This document shows positions 11,901-19,895 of a stretch of DNA of 47,889 bases, piece after piece. The notes under the pieces were generated by a model. That model was not told the origin of the DNA, did no database searches, and saw only the letters and a list, made by a program, of their open reading frames with translations. The position numbers and the translations under genes are program-made. The stretch is from a virus (taxonomy: Duplodnaviria; Caudoviricetes). The DNA is taken from the IMG/VR virus record IMGVR_UViG_3300037419_000284, positions 1-47,889 of that record. One strand, 5' to 3'. Position 1 is the stretch's first letter. Each line of letters opens with the position of its first letter.

Positions 11901-13226
11901 TACCTTAGGGTCTTGTACCCTACCGTAGTTCATATTTACATCATGAGCCATATCCCAAGCATCAGCAGGATTCTGTATTCTCTGCTTATTAGCTTGATAG
12001 ATTTGATATTCTCTTTTTCTTTGCTCTCTAAGCCCTTGATTTTGTAATGTGTTCATTTGAGCACGAGAAACACCATCCCAAGGAGATGTTTGTTGTCTCT
12101 TTGCTGTCCACACTCTATCATATCTATTAGCCTGTCTATGAGCATTATCTATCTCTTTTTGAAGTGCATCTAATTCTTTTAGCTTTCTTTCAGCCTCAGC
12201 CTTAGAGATGTTATTGATTACTTTTTCTTGTGATGTAGGTTGTGTAGCAAGCCTAGTTACAGACTTATTAACCTGAGCAGTACTAAAGCTACCTGCTTTT
12301 TGTTTAGCAATCTCAGAGGCTTGATTTGCTCTCTTGATTTGATTAGCTAGTTTTTCTTGTTTACGAAGTTCATCTTCAAGTTGCTTAGTATAGTCAGTAA
12401 CGGAAACATTTTTCTTACTTCCATCCTGTCCATATGCAACCATGTTGTCTGTTTTACGAGCCTTCTTAGGATTCTTAGCCCTGTCAAGTTCATCTCTTAA
12501 GTGTTGTAGTTCTTGCTCACTCTTGATTTGACTCTTAAGGTTCTCAGCTTTTTGTCTATAGTAAAGACGAACCTCGTCATAATCCCTCTTAGCTTGTTGT
12601 GCTGTATTTCTATTGCTATTGTTTCTAGAAACTTGTTGTCTAGCGTTATTGACAGGAGAAACACTTCTGTCTACACCTAGCCTACGGTCTCCGTTCCTAT
12701 GGTCTTGTTGTGCTACTACACTAGCTTTAACCTCAGCCTTAATAGACTCAATTTGAGCCTTGATAACTTTCATATCTTGGTCATTAAGTCTTAAGCCTAC
12801 ATTAATAGTAGCTTTGGTGTCACCGACCTGTTTCTGAATCCCTTCTTTTTCGCCCGCACCGACTTTGAGAGAGGTATTGACAGAAATAGTTTTCTTGTCG
12901 TCTGCTAGACTATTAATTTGTTTTCTAAGTTCACTAATGCGGTTTTGTAGTTTTCTAATACTACCTTCATCAATAGAGATAGGAAGTTTAATAGTAGGTG
13001 CTTGACCTTTATTATATCCATCTACTACCCTTTTAACATCACCTTGTAGCTTTGATATGTTAGGGTCTACAGATAAAGGTACTTTAATACCACCAGTTTT
13101 AGCGTTATCAAAGTGTTGTTTAATCTGTTTATCTACTTCTTTAACTTCATTAAGAAGTTTATTAATCGAACCAGTGTTTAACTGTAAGTCCGTTTTTATA
13201 ATATACTTAAATTCATTTCCTGCCAT
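2970..13226 (-). CDS. Tape measure protein with GH73/lysozyme-like, DUF3597-like, NlpC/P60 and two SH3b domains
   Basis: 3418 aa, long helical core; motifs YGVDPRLIASIAMQE, YSWGG..DCSGLV..PGDLVFF..HVGIY, VNFRSSAG..IPKG..GWAHVKY; GAGGAGG RBS. Confidence 0.92.
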   Translation of the reverse strand: MAGNEFKYIIKTDLQLNTGSINKLLNEVKEVDKQIKQHFDNAKTGGIKVPLSVDPNISKLQGDVKRVVDGYNKGQAPTIKLPISIDEGSIRKLQNRISELRKQINSLADDKKTISVNTSLKVGAGEKEGIQKQVGDTKATINVGLRLNDQDMKVIKAQIESIKAEVKASVVAQQDHRNGDRRLGVDRSVSPVNNARQQVSRNNSNRNTAQQAKRDYDEVRLYYRQKAENLKSQIKSEQELQHLRDELDRAKNPKKARKTDNMVAYGQDGSKKNVSVTDYTKQLEDELRKQEKLANQIKRANQASEIAKQKAGSFSTAQVNKSVTRLATQPTSQEKVINNISKAEAERKLKELDALQKEIDNAHRQANRYDRVWTAKRQQTSPWDGVSRAQMNTLQNQGLREQRKREYQIYQANKQRIQNPADAWDMAHDVNMNYGRVQDPKVAYRQAVQQNKIFNQQQAENQRKYQERMNRKSQREAEANTPPVDNRSLDEKYYDTKNVRVGLQSKLQQYRDSVSGKNITGNANKRRVLDNIAKMQKDIQKAIDEEQSFYDQIKALTNSTPKYRSSLQSNHVDPYQQAGEKLRNTSRQQWNDYVNAYEQRNGNPNYGRVEDVNEAHKQANDINRSRITESNRQQRANDFNQGILRYGANREYSGVDYDAMLRNPNVSLSESMRILRDHIHPTNQAMAREQQTNFQRAYTINYRDDEGHIRSVRTLTHEYTSLGEVVQRGDRSFKSMASNMMKNIGVYTLFTSGFYAMSQAIGTAVAQMVDFDAKLAQVSMVMTNMQTGGLSDQFSQFGAGINSAKSNITNQAFSIGENYGVSTADTVVPLQAQVLARKNLITSNGQISGKVDPNIEKNIVDKIIQFSAVSNGGDATSADVNAIAQDSLSLYQAMYTQGDTSHIGKMDNLFNYLAVMKGNGVNTNNVTDALSEIAPDTIKKGIKATDVAGMLGAYNLTDTDSSGAVMAQVGKAFFGALAHPDNPSVKSALDRMKINTDKYDTPEKLFEQIKKKYGGLNEADQEFVSNNLAGLTGKSSAMGPKMVKFLDASFNSEYTGEFNKQAEANPDALQKSWSSFSDTIKRNFGDLAEQVKELVQQLAKLGALDTIGLLIKGFTGLFKVVNSVLSVINKLSDAFSDNKILFGFNPVKMTSEIVGLTLAFKGLTGVINHLTPLGPAIGDYFERMTGRRLGFKQIEGATPLVRGGRAISVAEGLAPVPMISPRQNVVRTGEQALRDVMTYSASDVMTNRLLNGSAPRTTVPTGINMSEASRESLQAMRGELTNTIERTTARRSAIGAVGNFIGDTLLLTSRSRGAVGEVAGSVGSRAGGIMKGVVEWFVKLLPALRTFGLLLTRLTIIGTVLAGAWWVVSKAIEHSKKVAQDQYNTTNKSLISVSKKITGGDTATKDKTNKDIQDFIKANVKFMKETTVTSQGNYGYTTTESVPTSEYDMKAQARNAKIASDRKKMEDKYGISFGQDSKGNQFVKYHLLGADGKMDKKEYRADLNDKKDMAKFQKAVDNGFKDPILEAKDKWAVDTSYVMDYNKALIETNKLTKQISQAMKELGYNVDAIDMKFMGANSTESLNQKIQAIQQGMNAIKTQSAQIEEKKNQIDGNMNSLQGQLSKESSIALKHGVKQSKIDDVQYQYELAKQSGNLDQFLGNYSEPSTTDIAKWKKKGMSDKEINQKIDEAELLKNIAKLIMTMGGLGDAQDQLTDAYTQSRQDQLQNQEAMKQYTAQLIVASTGLAVMDAQISKINSAVGMGRAMVQMSQPNSKEQQTAQGGLIKASGQLLKGYQAELSSVSNEMATLARQNPNQDFSINELYNPGKNGLSSEQQAYKDLLEKQTSIQDSVSSTTADMYDQAQQLKDMVLNSDKYADVWERVQNRTQLVKDANKQISNSQDDLAVVNTLSQMRSAVTGTPYNATRNDKLAQIRDTNLDNYEKLTTALNSYKGDAQKLSQAYDDINKTMGSEFDKAFIDPLKNLIKNDFQKAGDTILNGANSLNTILGNWAKVQMSSASNPNSVAGQTQSFSNAMAIPTYTGSPSSVDNRTFAQKEQAYLEQMGYKVGTSGYAQMKRQLESSYTHEELVAEVDKNTVPTKNNSGVNDYTNTINGVLRGNLAGYGSVFVQAGAKYGVDPRLIASIAMQENGGNSNILNHSNNIGNIKATGSSNDYWKGGNYEGYRSYATLTDGIMDLTRLIGNYISSGKNTIPTINHTYAEDPNWEKGVASFYSKQTGISVSSLLGGTAVSSGGGSSSSSASSGFGKSSYTGDSIVAYLNSLGKSSSFSARTSLAHQYGISNYTGTASQNTSLLAKLRASSGGSSSSSGGGGSYSAMDSWFSSVKGDRSKLTYSWGGAHVIEDWTEFLKKGIADCSGLVEQVYRKFAGINLGTTSSKGLYAQNDGGKKVTNKKDLQPGDLVFFGKSADSIHHVGIYAGNDQMWTIDHNGTPVSKDNISSWGDYYGGKHYDGAFGGAGSLTQGQASASDILKSAINSFITAMQAEAETHSVAGLKETYNKDVAIAYGQGNITDVMGTSGRLAYYDRVNAERANVFEQRYDTVQQLNQLSTSRKNYVNEANKALKAGNTTDYNTYKDAVKSIDDLISTLKDTNKQLADYDKTLSDAQQKDPRYNYDTSMSYVKGGYDKLNAMDKAGQEWSPDYIKLLGEMSTMLTTYDTHAKNTQLAGDVWSNSGQQTTQFIMAKRVSDQDNINLMFDKITKINAVLKNFAQGTNAWYTTLEEAVKVQQELHDLEQQRLQNAQSMFELTGKGIQGYVKQKAYTQSKDYSQEKSNLTTAINQYKNGTITNGSGLRIALGSSDKYAKGLSDILHKQYDISSKVTKDKDGKYYLDSTKNLTKDQAQKVIDTLKKQGHIGNGWTTGGGSSKMDENQQLANLQIIAGLHDQMIQQMNDYRSAVVGAFKAGAMSLDEYMKKMNDLRDVQNETKENAVKMVDALSSGFQDAFANALSGGMQGNMDSTQSFIDSMKQTMAQTISGTMASSIFNNSGLLDVTNGLISQITQAATSGDPNAVANMFNNNDFSQQFQDALAPFLPLINQIVASTNGMFTIMKNQVFNAPNGFKIDSEVAQVAKAKGIGEVRQWDPTGKNGSGSDDGSGSTTTTPIVTPPSSSTPGGVPGGTSSGGATSNGGSPEGTGGTGTGAPSTSGSTTTPSTDTSKINTPAPPASSSKKGTYITTSDVWDHKTPDANKSSRIKVIKKGTKVNVIGEKSGFLEIGTNQWISAQYAKAYTSSGGSGSGSGSSGSTKHINTTVNFRSSAGYGNNVIGTIPKGSAVTYLGTSNGWAHVKYGSKSGYVGPQFVYHTGGLAGMMNFSSPNGLKPDELQAVLRQGEGVFTQKQISSLVGASNTTHNGGDVNFNITVNVEGGQDTGQLQATVETAVKKAMQVIKKDTKFQNLTFKGTSY

Positions 13227-13307
13227 TAGTATACCTCCTCATAAAATATACGTTCTTAAGTAAATAGGGGAGCAGTATAATACTAACCCCCCTAACTACT
13301 CCTTCGA

Positions 13308-13732
13308 CTATTCATCATAGTCTACACCTTCATATTTGAAGTTTACATCGTCTGCATCCATAAAGTTGTCGTCTTCATAATAAATATCATCTGCATCATC
13401 AAACACAATTAACTCGTCATGTTCTAATGCACTCTTACTTACATTGTTCATACTAGAACCGTTCTTCTTAGCCCTACTCTCGACTTCCTTGCTTTGTTTT
13501 TCAACCCACTTATCTAATAGGTCATCATTATTAATTATCTTCATAGGAGGTCTCTCATGGTGCTCATACACGCTGTCGTAAAATGAGAACCAATAAGCTA
13601 GTGCTAATTGAGAAGGATTCCAGTCAGCAACGATACCACCGAACAATGGTGAGCCTGTGTCTTTACTTGCTTTCCATCTTGCTCTCCATTCTGCTCCAAC
13701 TTCCCCTTGCCCTCTAGCTATTTCTCTTAGAA
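13308..13732 (-). CDS. Downstream (T-like) segment of the tail assembly chaperone, lacking a convincing start
   Basis: The frame of the 112-aa ORF stays open upstream as LREIARGQGEVGAEWRARWKASKDTGSP; no ATG/GTG/TTG between the TAG at 13775-13773 and the TTG at 13646; sits just before the tape measure. Confidence 0.65.
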
Positions 13733-13983
13733 CCCCAAACTGAGGTAAAAGACATTTGGGAATAACTTGTAGCTATTTCATAAGCAATATATGTATCATT
13801 TAGTGATTACGACAGGGGCTTTAGTTGGGCAAGGTTGAATGTAGTTACTTTGATAATTCGGCTTATGTATGATGGTGTGCCTACACCTTTAAGATACCTA
13901 GCTATCTTTCGCTACATTCAATTAATATTATCCTATCTATAAGCACTGATATATGATTCTATTACTTACTATATCACTATCTT
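13733..13983 (-). other. Structured intervening RNA element within the tail chaperone locus
   Basis: Inverted repeats 13835-13844/13912-13921 (10 bp), 13801-13807/13973-13979, 13779-13785/13861-13867, 13734-13739/13755-13760, plus two small hairpins at 13874-13908. Confidence 0.65.
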
Positions 13984-14638
13984 ATTCTTCAAATGTTTCT
14001 TCTTCCAACTCAGCGGGGTCTACAAGGAAGTCGGCAGGTAGACCGTTAATAAATGTCAAGAATTGATATACAATTAAATTAACAGTATTTTGGTCTTCCT
14101 CATTTTTGAAGTCTGCGTACTTTTCCCATACAGACTTACCTGTATCAGCGAACTCAGTACATTTATGAATTAAGAAGGACATTTTAGCCTCGTCTGCTTT
14201 AGCCTCAGCAGTATTGTTGAAGTACTTCTGTTTTTCTTGTTGCAAACCAAACATCTCGTCACGCAAAGCATTGATTTTAGATTCGATAGGAGCGATAGCT
14301 TTTTCTGATTCCATCTTAGACAATAGAACTAGTTGTTTTTCAATATCTTCTCTAATCTTTTCGATTCTTTCATCATCTTTGCTAGTCCATAGCTTTTTCT
14401 TTTTGATTAGTTCTTCCATTTCACGGTTAGTAGGTATATCGTCCATACATGCTTGGTTAAATACCTTAGAGTACTCCCAATCAGCTAAACGATTTTCTTC
14501 TACCTTTGGATAGCGGATTTGTAGTAAACCATACTTATCACTATCAAATACTCGTCTACCAGTTTGAACCTCAGTCATTTTTTCACGCTTTTCCTTGTTA
14601 GTCATTTCCTGACTTTCTTTTCTTTTGCTCTCAGCCAT
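13982..14638 (-). CDS. Tail assembly chaperone (G-like segment)
   Basis: 218 aa, acidic and coiled-coil; between the major tail gene and the tape measure. Confidence 0.65.
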   Translation of the reverse strand: MAESKRKESQEMTNKEKREKMTEVQTGRRVFDSDKYGLLQIRYPKVEENRLADWEYSKVFNQACMDDIPTNREMEELIKKKKLWTSKDDERIEKIREDIEKQLVLLSKMESEKAIAPIESKINALRDEMFGLQQEKQKYFNNTAEAKADEAKMSFLIHKCTEFADTGKSVWEKYADFKNEEDQNTVNLIVYQFLTFINGLPADFLVDPAELEEETFEE

Positions 14639-14716
14639 TCCTTTAGCACCTTCCTTTAAATATTATATAAATAAAAAAGAGACATTATTTGAAAATGTCT
14701 CTCATGGTCAACTAGG

Positions 14717-14965
14717 TTATTCTTTATCGTCAAAGTCAATCTGCTCGTCATACCGAGGTGTGTATTTCACTTCGTACTTTTCGAGTTCTTCTGACATTTT
14801 TCGGATTTCATCGTTACCTGACCTGAGAATCATTTTTCTGATTTTCGCAAATTGCTTAGGCTCAATATTAGCCATCTCCATTAGTGATAAAGAGTCTTTA
14901 AAGACTTTCTTTATGCTCTTAGAGACCGCCCTATTAAGACGCTCTTTGTCCTCGTTCATGCTCAT
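14717..14965 (-). CDS. Hypothetical protein
   Basis: 82 aa in the operon direction, AAGGAG RBS upstream. Confidence 0.6.
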   Translation of the reverse strand: MSMNEDKERLNRAVSKSIKKVFKDSLSLMEMANIEPKQFAKIRKMILRSGNDEIRKMSEELEKYEVKYTPRYDEQIDFDDKE

Positions 14966-15075
14966 ATTAGCACTACTCCTTTCCTTCTTAATCCTTTAAA
15001 CCTCAAAGTGTTTCCTTCTATATTAAGTTGTGATATAGAACGTATGCACCAACCCCGAAGGGCTAGTGCTAGTTA

Positions 15076-16626
15076 TTAGCTAACTTGGTTAGCGTTTAAG
15101 TATTTGTCAGTGATAGTTAGGTTGTGAGCCATGAACTCGAATGATTGAGTAGCATCACTATCAACACGAACATCCCAAGACTCAGATTGTGGAATCAAGT
15201 TCTTGATGTAGATTGTTTTGATAGCATACTTATCAACATGACCCGCAGGTAACTTAGCACGCTTAACATCAGTTTCACGATAAATCTTAACTAGTAAGCC
15301 TTTATCTTTAACTAGGTCGTCAAGTGCAATTTCGTTAGCAGATGCAAGGTTAGAATATCCTGCGAAACGAGCCATTAATTCTAAATCTGAATCTTTAAGT
15401 TCTAGAGAAACAGAGATATTTAGAGGTAATGATAATGGACGGTCATATGGATACATAGAACCTAATTCTGCAAGTGGCTCTCTTTGTAGTGGAGCAGAGA
15501 TACGAGCAGTTTGGATACGAGTTGCACGAGCAGTATCAACTGTAACACCATCATTAGCAACAAGGTATAGTTCGATTTGACCTTCTTTTAATCCACCTGC
15601 TAAATCAGGGTGTGGAGTTTCAAGAGCAGGTACAGGAGCGAAGAACTTACCATTAGAACCGTTAGTTACATAACGAACTTTCACAAGGTCGCCAGTAGAA
15701 GGAGCACTTGTAAGAGTTAAAGTAACACCTGATACAGTGTAATCAGTACCTTCAACTAATTGAGTACCATTCTTAGTAACTTTAAGAGTTTTATTACCAT
15801 TTGCTAAAGTGTATGGAGTGTTAGTAAGAGTTAAAGCAGTTGCAGTAGTTGTTTTGATTTCATCTACAACCATTTGAGATGCACTGTTTAAGAACCAACG
15901 CTTGTTATCAGTTTCCATACGGTAAGATGCAGTTGCAACACCGTTTACTTGGAATGAAAGGTCAATATTGTTAGCATATACTCTTTCCATATACATTGTA
16001 CGAGCGATAGCACCGTTCAAGCCATCACCTGATTGCTTGATAGGAACATACATATCTGCTTTAGCCAATTCAAAATCAGTTGCAGAAATAGATGCCCAAG
16101 TACGAGAGTCAGTGATATTAGCTTGTGTTACAATGTTAGCAGATGGAGTAATACTAGCGATTTGGATAGCACCCGCAGGTAAAGATGCACCGATACCTAC
16201 TTTGTTTGCTACAGCATCAGAAGATACAGTAGGTTGTAAGTAAACTACTTGGTTTCCACTTGATTGTGCAGTAACAGTAGTACCTTCAAATAGTACACGC
16301 TGACCTTTTGCATAGTAAGAACCTGGGTTTACCTTAAGTGTTAATGTACCAACAGCACTTCCACTTGGAACTGCCTCAACTTGGCAACCAAAACCTTTGT
16401 TTGATAGTAAACCTAATAGTTCGTTTGTTCCGTTTTCGTTAGCGTCAACAGATACATCAACTTGTGGTACATCGTCAACAACTTCAACGATATTAAGTGT
16501 ACCTAATTCTTTAATGTCCTCAGTAGATAGACGAGAAGAACTTCCTAACGCTTGGATGCGGTTTCCTTGTGCATCATCAATGAAAGGTGCTGTTCCTGTA
16601 TATCGTACACGACTAGCTTTTGCCAT
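15076..16626 (-). CDS. Major tail (tube) protein with inserted beta-sandwich domains
   Basis: 516 aa; position between the tail completion gene and the chaperone; followed by a UUCG hairpin at 15046-15069. Confidence 0.7.
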   Translation of the reverse strand: MAKASRVRYTGTAPFIDDAQGNRIQALGSSSRLSTEDIKELGTLNIVEVVDDVPQVDVSVDANENGTNELLGLLSNKGFGCQVEAVPSGSAVGTLTLKVNPGSYYAKGQRVLFEGTTVTAQSSGNQVVYLQPTVSSDAVANKVGIGASLPAGAIQIASITPSANIVTQANITDSRTWASISATDFELAKADMYVPIKQSGDGLNGAIARTMYMERVYANNIDLSFQVNGVATASYRMETDNKRWFLNSASQMVVDEIKTTTATALTLTNTPYTLANGNKTLKVTKNGTQLVEGTDYTVSGVTLTLTSAPSTGDLVKVRYVTNGSNGKFFAPVPALETPHPDLAGGLKEGQIELYLVANDGVTVDTARATRIQTARISAPLQREPLAELGSMYPYDRPLSLPLNISVSLELKDSDLELMARFAGYSNLASANEIALDDLVKDKGLLVKIYRETDVKRAKLPAGHVDKYAIKTIYIKNLIPQSESWDVRVDSDATQSFEFMAHNLTITDKYLNANQVS

Positions 16627-16667
16627 TATGAAATCTCTCCTTTTATAATTAATTAATGTTTAATCTA

Positions 16668-17357
16668 TTAAAAGTTAATAGTTAAATCTGCGAAAATTTC
16701 CGTTAAAAATTTGGGTTTTTCTCCTATATCTAAACTTCCGCCTTTACGGTAATTTATGCTACCGCAATACATATAGCCGATAATTTGGTTATCTTCGTTG
16801 TAGTTAGTATTAATAGTTCCATCAGCATTAGTTGGGAAAGCGATATTGTAGTCTATTACTCTCATATCTCCTTCTTCAAAGAAGTCTACTACCATATCTG
16901 TTATGTCATTTCTTTCCCCGCCTCTTTCAGCCCATACCTCGATTACCCATCTTGGGTGAAGTTCTTTACGAGCATTACCTAATTCATATGCCCCATCACT
17001 TCTATTTAACTCATATAGAGCAACAGCAGGATATTTAAAATCAGGACTTTGAGGGCTAACGCTTTCATCATATATATTAATTGGACAGTATGTATAATCA
17101 ACTTCAACTACATCTACAGACCTTAGTGCAGTTGTGAAATTAATCAATCCATTAATATAGTCTACTGAATAACTAGAAGTGTTTTGAATAGCACTATTTA
17201 CATAAACTGTTACAGGGAAATCGGTCTGTATACTATTATATTTAAGATTGTATGTAAGAAAATTGGCACTCGTGACTTTTTCCCTACTTCTAGACCTAGA
17301 TAGTGCTTTCTGTAACTTATGATACAGAGTCAATTCTACTAGTCTTGTTTTCTCCAT
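16668..17357 (-). CDS. Tail terminator/completion protein
   Basis: 229 aa; YPAVAL..YELGN..IEVWAE..ERNDI pattern; position upstream of the major tail gene. Confidence 0.6.
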   Translation of the reverse strand: MEKTRLVELTLYHKLQKALSRSRSREKVTSANFLTYNLKYNSIQTDFPVTVYVNSAIQNTSSYSVDYINGLINFTTALRSVDVVEVDYTYCPINIYDESVSPQSPDFKYPAVALYELNRSDGAYELGNARKELHPRWVIEVWAERGGERNDITDMVVDFFEEGDMRVIDYNIAFPTNADGTINTNYNEDNQIIGYMYCGSINYRKGGSLDIGEKPKFLTEIFADLTINF

Positions 17358-17371
17358 ATAGGCTCACCTCC

Positions 17372-18103
17372 TTAATTGTTATTCAAGTATGTTTCTAATC
17401 CTTCACCGAGAATTTCAAAGACTTCTTGCTTTGCACTTTCTAAACCTAAGCTAAATACATGACCTGCTCTTGTTCCTTGGTGCTCTCTATGTGAATCCAT
17501 CATCTTAGTAATCCTCGGACCTAGCAAGTTTTCTAGTCCTCTCTGATTGACTTTGAAGAATCCCAACTTAGGACCTCCACCTGGACCTGTAACAGGACCG
17601 ACAGATGGACCGTATAGGTATGGCTTATCTCGAGATGTATAGGTAACTCTAAATTCAGGTTGTACTATACCTTCACTTTTACTACCGCTACCGTATTCTG
17701 CAAGTATCCACTTTGGTAGTTCCTTTTCTGCTTGTAGTGAAATTCTAGTAGTGACCATCTCATGTAGTGTTTCATCCCATGTTTGATGGAATTGGAATTG
17801 GTGGTTACGCTTTGCATATACACCCATATTCATATTGTTTATCTCAAACACACCTATAGACATTTTGTTTTGTGTTTGTTTAATCTCAGGGTTTCTGCCT
17901 TCTTCTGATACTAACTTTTCAAGGTCTCCTGATTGCCTATAGTTGTAGCCTGAGTCTCCACCGCCTAGTAATGTATCACCTACATGCCTACCCATAGCCC
18001 TACCTGCATCTTTACCTGCCTCTGCTACTTCTTTACTTTTTAGCATGCCTTTAAATACTCTGCTAAGGTGTGCCTCTAATTCTTCTATATTAGTTTCAGC
18101 CAT
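17372..18103 (-). CDS. Neck/tail completion protein
   Basis: 243 aa; synteny; WILAEYGSG motif reminiscent of HK97 gp10-like proteins. Confidence 0.45.
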   Translation of the reverse strand: MAETNIEELEAHLSRVFKGMLKSKEVAEAGKDAGRAMGRHVGDTLLGGGDSGYNYRQSGDLEKLVSEEGRNPEIKQTQNKMSIGVFEINNMNMGVYAKRNHQFQFHQTWDETLHEMVTTRISLQAEKELPKWILAEYGSGSKSEGIVQPEFRVTYTSRDKPYLYGPSVGPVTGPGGGPKLGFFKVNQRGLENLLGPRITKMMDSHREHQGTRAGHVFSLGLESAKQEVFEILGEGLETYLNNN

Positions 18104-18108
18104 TTATA

Positions 18109-18603
18109 TCAACCCTTTAACTTTAGAGTTATAGCTATCTCATAGAAGTTTCCTTGTAGATAGCCTGCTTGGAAAGATTTTACTATGTACTTTCCGCCCT
18201 TCCACTCAAAGTATTCATATTGACTTAAGAAGGCTTTTATATCAGATTGGCTATCCATATTAAACTTACCATCTACATTTAGAACTGTATTAATCTCTAA
18301 TATATCAATGGTGGCTAAGACTTCACCATCTAGTAGTCGTCCTGTCTCTGCATAGCTATATGTAAAGTCTGCTGATGTTTCAACAGACGAAGGAATGTCA
18401 TAGTATGTTTCTGATACTATCATCCCCCGACCATCACAGGTAGGGCAGTAAGGGTCTGTTGATTCTTTTCTAATTGGGTCATAACCACAATCAGGGCAAT
18501 CTGTCTCAGATACTTTGCAAAGTCTTAGAGTCTCATTAAGTACATGATTCAGACCGCTTATAGAGTTTAACATATTTCTTAAATTTGACTCAGGTATATT
18601 CAT
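18109..18603 (-). CDS. Head closure protein with zinc-finger insertion
   Basis: 164 aa; CPDC..CPTCDGRG; C-terminal FEWKGGKYIV strand pattern; synteny. Confidence 0.55.
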   Translation of the reverse strand: MNIPESNLRNMLNSISGLNHVLNETLRLCKVSETDCPDCGYDPIRKESTDPYCPTCDGRGMIVSETYYDIPSSVETSADFTYSYAETGRLLDGEVLATIDILEINTVLNVDGKFNMDSQSDIKAFLSQYEYFEWKGGKYIVKSFQAGYLQGNFYEIAITLKLKG

Positions 18604-18611
18604 GACTTATC

Positions 18612-19019
18612 CTACTCCAATCTGACTCCCTTAATAGTCGGACCATTCTTACATTGATGTAGAGTTCTCTTGTACTCTCTTTCAAGCAATTCTAATGTAT
18701 CCTTATGGTCTTTAGCTTGGTTAGTGTTATCTAGTGTTAATCTACCTTTAACCATTCTAAAGTTATTTCTATCTGCTTGGTCTTTCGTGCTGACCTTCAT
18801 TAGATAGTGAGCCTTAACGCAAAATAGGTTTGCATCTTGTTTTGTAGGCTCTATATTAAATGAACCGAAGTCAACACTGAATCCCCTTGCCCAATCTAAT
18901 TCAACTTGTGCAACAGCATCTTCTATATACCCTGTCAGTAAATCATCGTCATAAGTGAATGGGTCAACATTATCACCTATTCTTCGTCTTAGTACTAACA
19001 GAACATCTGACATTTGCAT
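18612..19019 (-). CDS. Head-tail adaptor
   Basis: 135 aa; LRRRIGD..FTYDDDLL helical pattern; synteny. Confidence 0.6.
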   Translation of the reverse strand: MQMSDVLLVLRRRIGDNVDPFTYDDDLLTGYIEDAVAQVELDWARGFSVDFGSFNIEPTKQDANLFCVKAHYLMKVSTKDQADRNNFRMVKGRLTLDNTNQAKDHKDTLELLEREYKRTLHQCKNGPTIKGVRLE

Positions 19020-19032
19020 TAATCAACACCTC

Positions 19033-19335
19033 CTACATAAATACTACTTTAAATGTGTCACGATTTAGTGATGGACTTCCTGATACTTCCCCATACCATT
19101 CATATATTAACTTTTGGTTGAGGTAGCCACTAGGAATTGTATAGTCATAGAAATAGTTTCCTTGACTTGCTTTTGTATCTACCCCGACACTAGTAGAGAA
19201 AATCTGCTCATACTTTTGATTGTATACTTTAAAATTAATGATTGATGGGTCAGCAAGTTGGTCAGCAAAATCCTTAAACTCACAAAAAAATCGAACGGTA
19301 TTTCCCTCTTTATAACTCTTTATTGTTGTCGCCAT
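19033..19335 (-). CDS. Small Ig-like virion protein
   Basis: 100 aa, all-beta pattern, GNYFYDYTIP. Confidence 0.45.
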   Translation of the reverse strand: MATTIKSYKEGNTVRFFCEFKDFADQLADPSIINFKVYNQKYEQIFSTSVGVDTKASQGNYFYDYTIPSGYLNQKLIYEWYGEVSGSPSLNRDTFKVVFM

Positions 19336-19348
19336 TTTATCACTTCCA

Positions 19349-19834
19349 TTATTTTAGTGTAGTTGTAGATTCGTCACTGCTAATGATAACAACAGCCTCT
19401 TTAGAATCCATAAATGGATTTCGTTCTTTATCACTAACAGAGATGCTTGCCTCTTCTTCTGACATTGTTAATTTTAATACCAAAGCATCATGTGATGAAA
19501 TTATATTAATAGGCTTGGAAACTATATTTGAGAGATTTCCAACATCATCTTGAAATTGACCGTACATCATCCCGATACCCATTGGGTAGTCAGAGAATAC
19601 CACATGACCAATATACTCGTTGCTTACCTCGTCTAGAATAAATGTAAAGTCGTGCCTAGTACCTAAGCTATCAATAAAGTATATGTCCTGATAACTAGAG
19701 AAAGGCTCGTTTGATACAAATGTTATTTCATTCAAATTCTCCCTGTCTGCATATGGAGGCACATACACTTCTACGTTTGGTCCTGTCGTATCCAACGTCA
19801 GCGTAAAGTACCCATACCCTACCTGTATAGCCAT
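19349..19834 (-). CDS. Ig-like virion protein
   Basis: 161 aa; YFTLTLDTTGP start shared with the neighbour; QDDVGNLS Ig-like motif. Confidence 0.5.
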   Translation of the reverse strand: MAIQVGYGYFTLTLDTTGPNVEVYVPPYADRENLNEITFVSNEPFSSYQDIYFIDSLGTRHDFTFILDEVSNEYIGHVVFSDYPMGIGMMYGQFQDDVGNLSNIVSKPINIISSHDALVLKLTMSEEEASISVSDKERNPFMDSKEAVVIISSDESTTTLK

Positions 19835-19856
19835 TATATCAACCTCCCCTTAAAAA

Positions 19857-19888
19857 TATATCCTGCTAGCGAGTTGCCAACAGGATAT
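19857..19888 (-). terminator. Probable intrinsic terminator
   Basis: ATATCCTG...CAGGATAT stem followed by a T-run on the minus strand. Confidence 0.55.
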
Positions 19889-19895
19889 AAGTTTT

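Noticed and set aside
3593-12047. Antisense and alternate-frame ORFs within the tape measure gene, and similar ones across the structural operon
   Set aside because: Shadows of biased codon usage with no recognisable motifs
13773-13799. Stop-codon reassignment or amber read-through from the mini-ORF MIHILLMK
   Set aside because: No SD upstream, no suppressor anticodon among the 25 tRNAs, and TAG ends normal genes elsewhere (e.g. 36667-36669)
13773-13999. Ordinary programmed frameshift joining the chaperone ORFs
   Set aside because: No slippery heptamer near the stop, and the downstream frame is closed by TAG at 13775-13773
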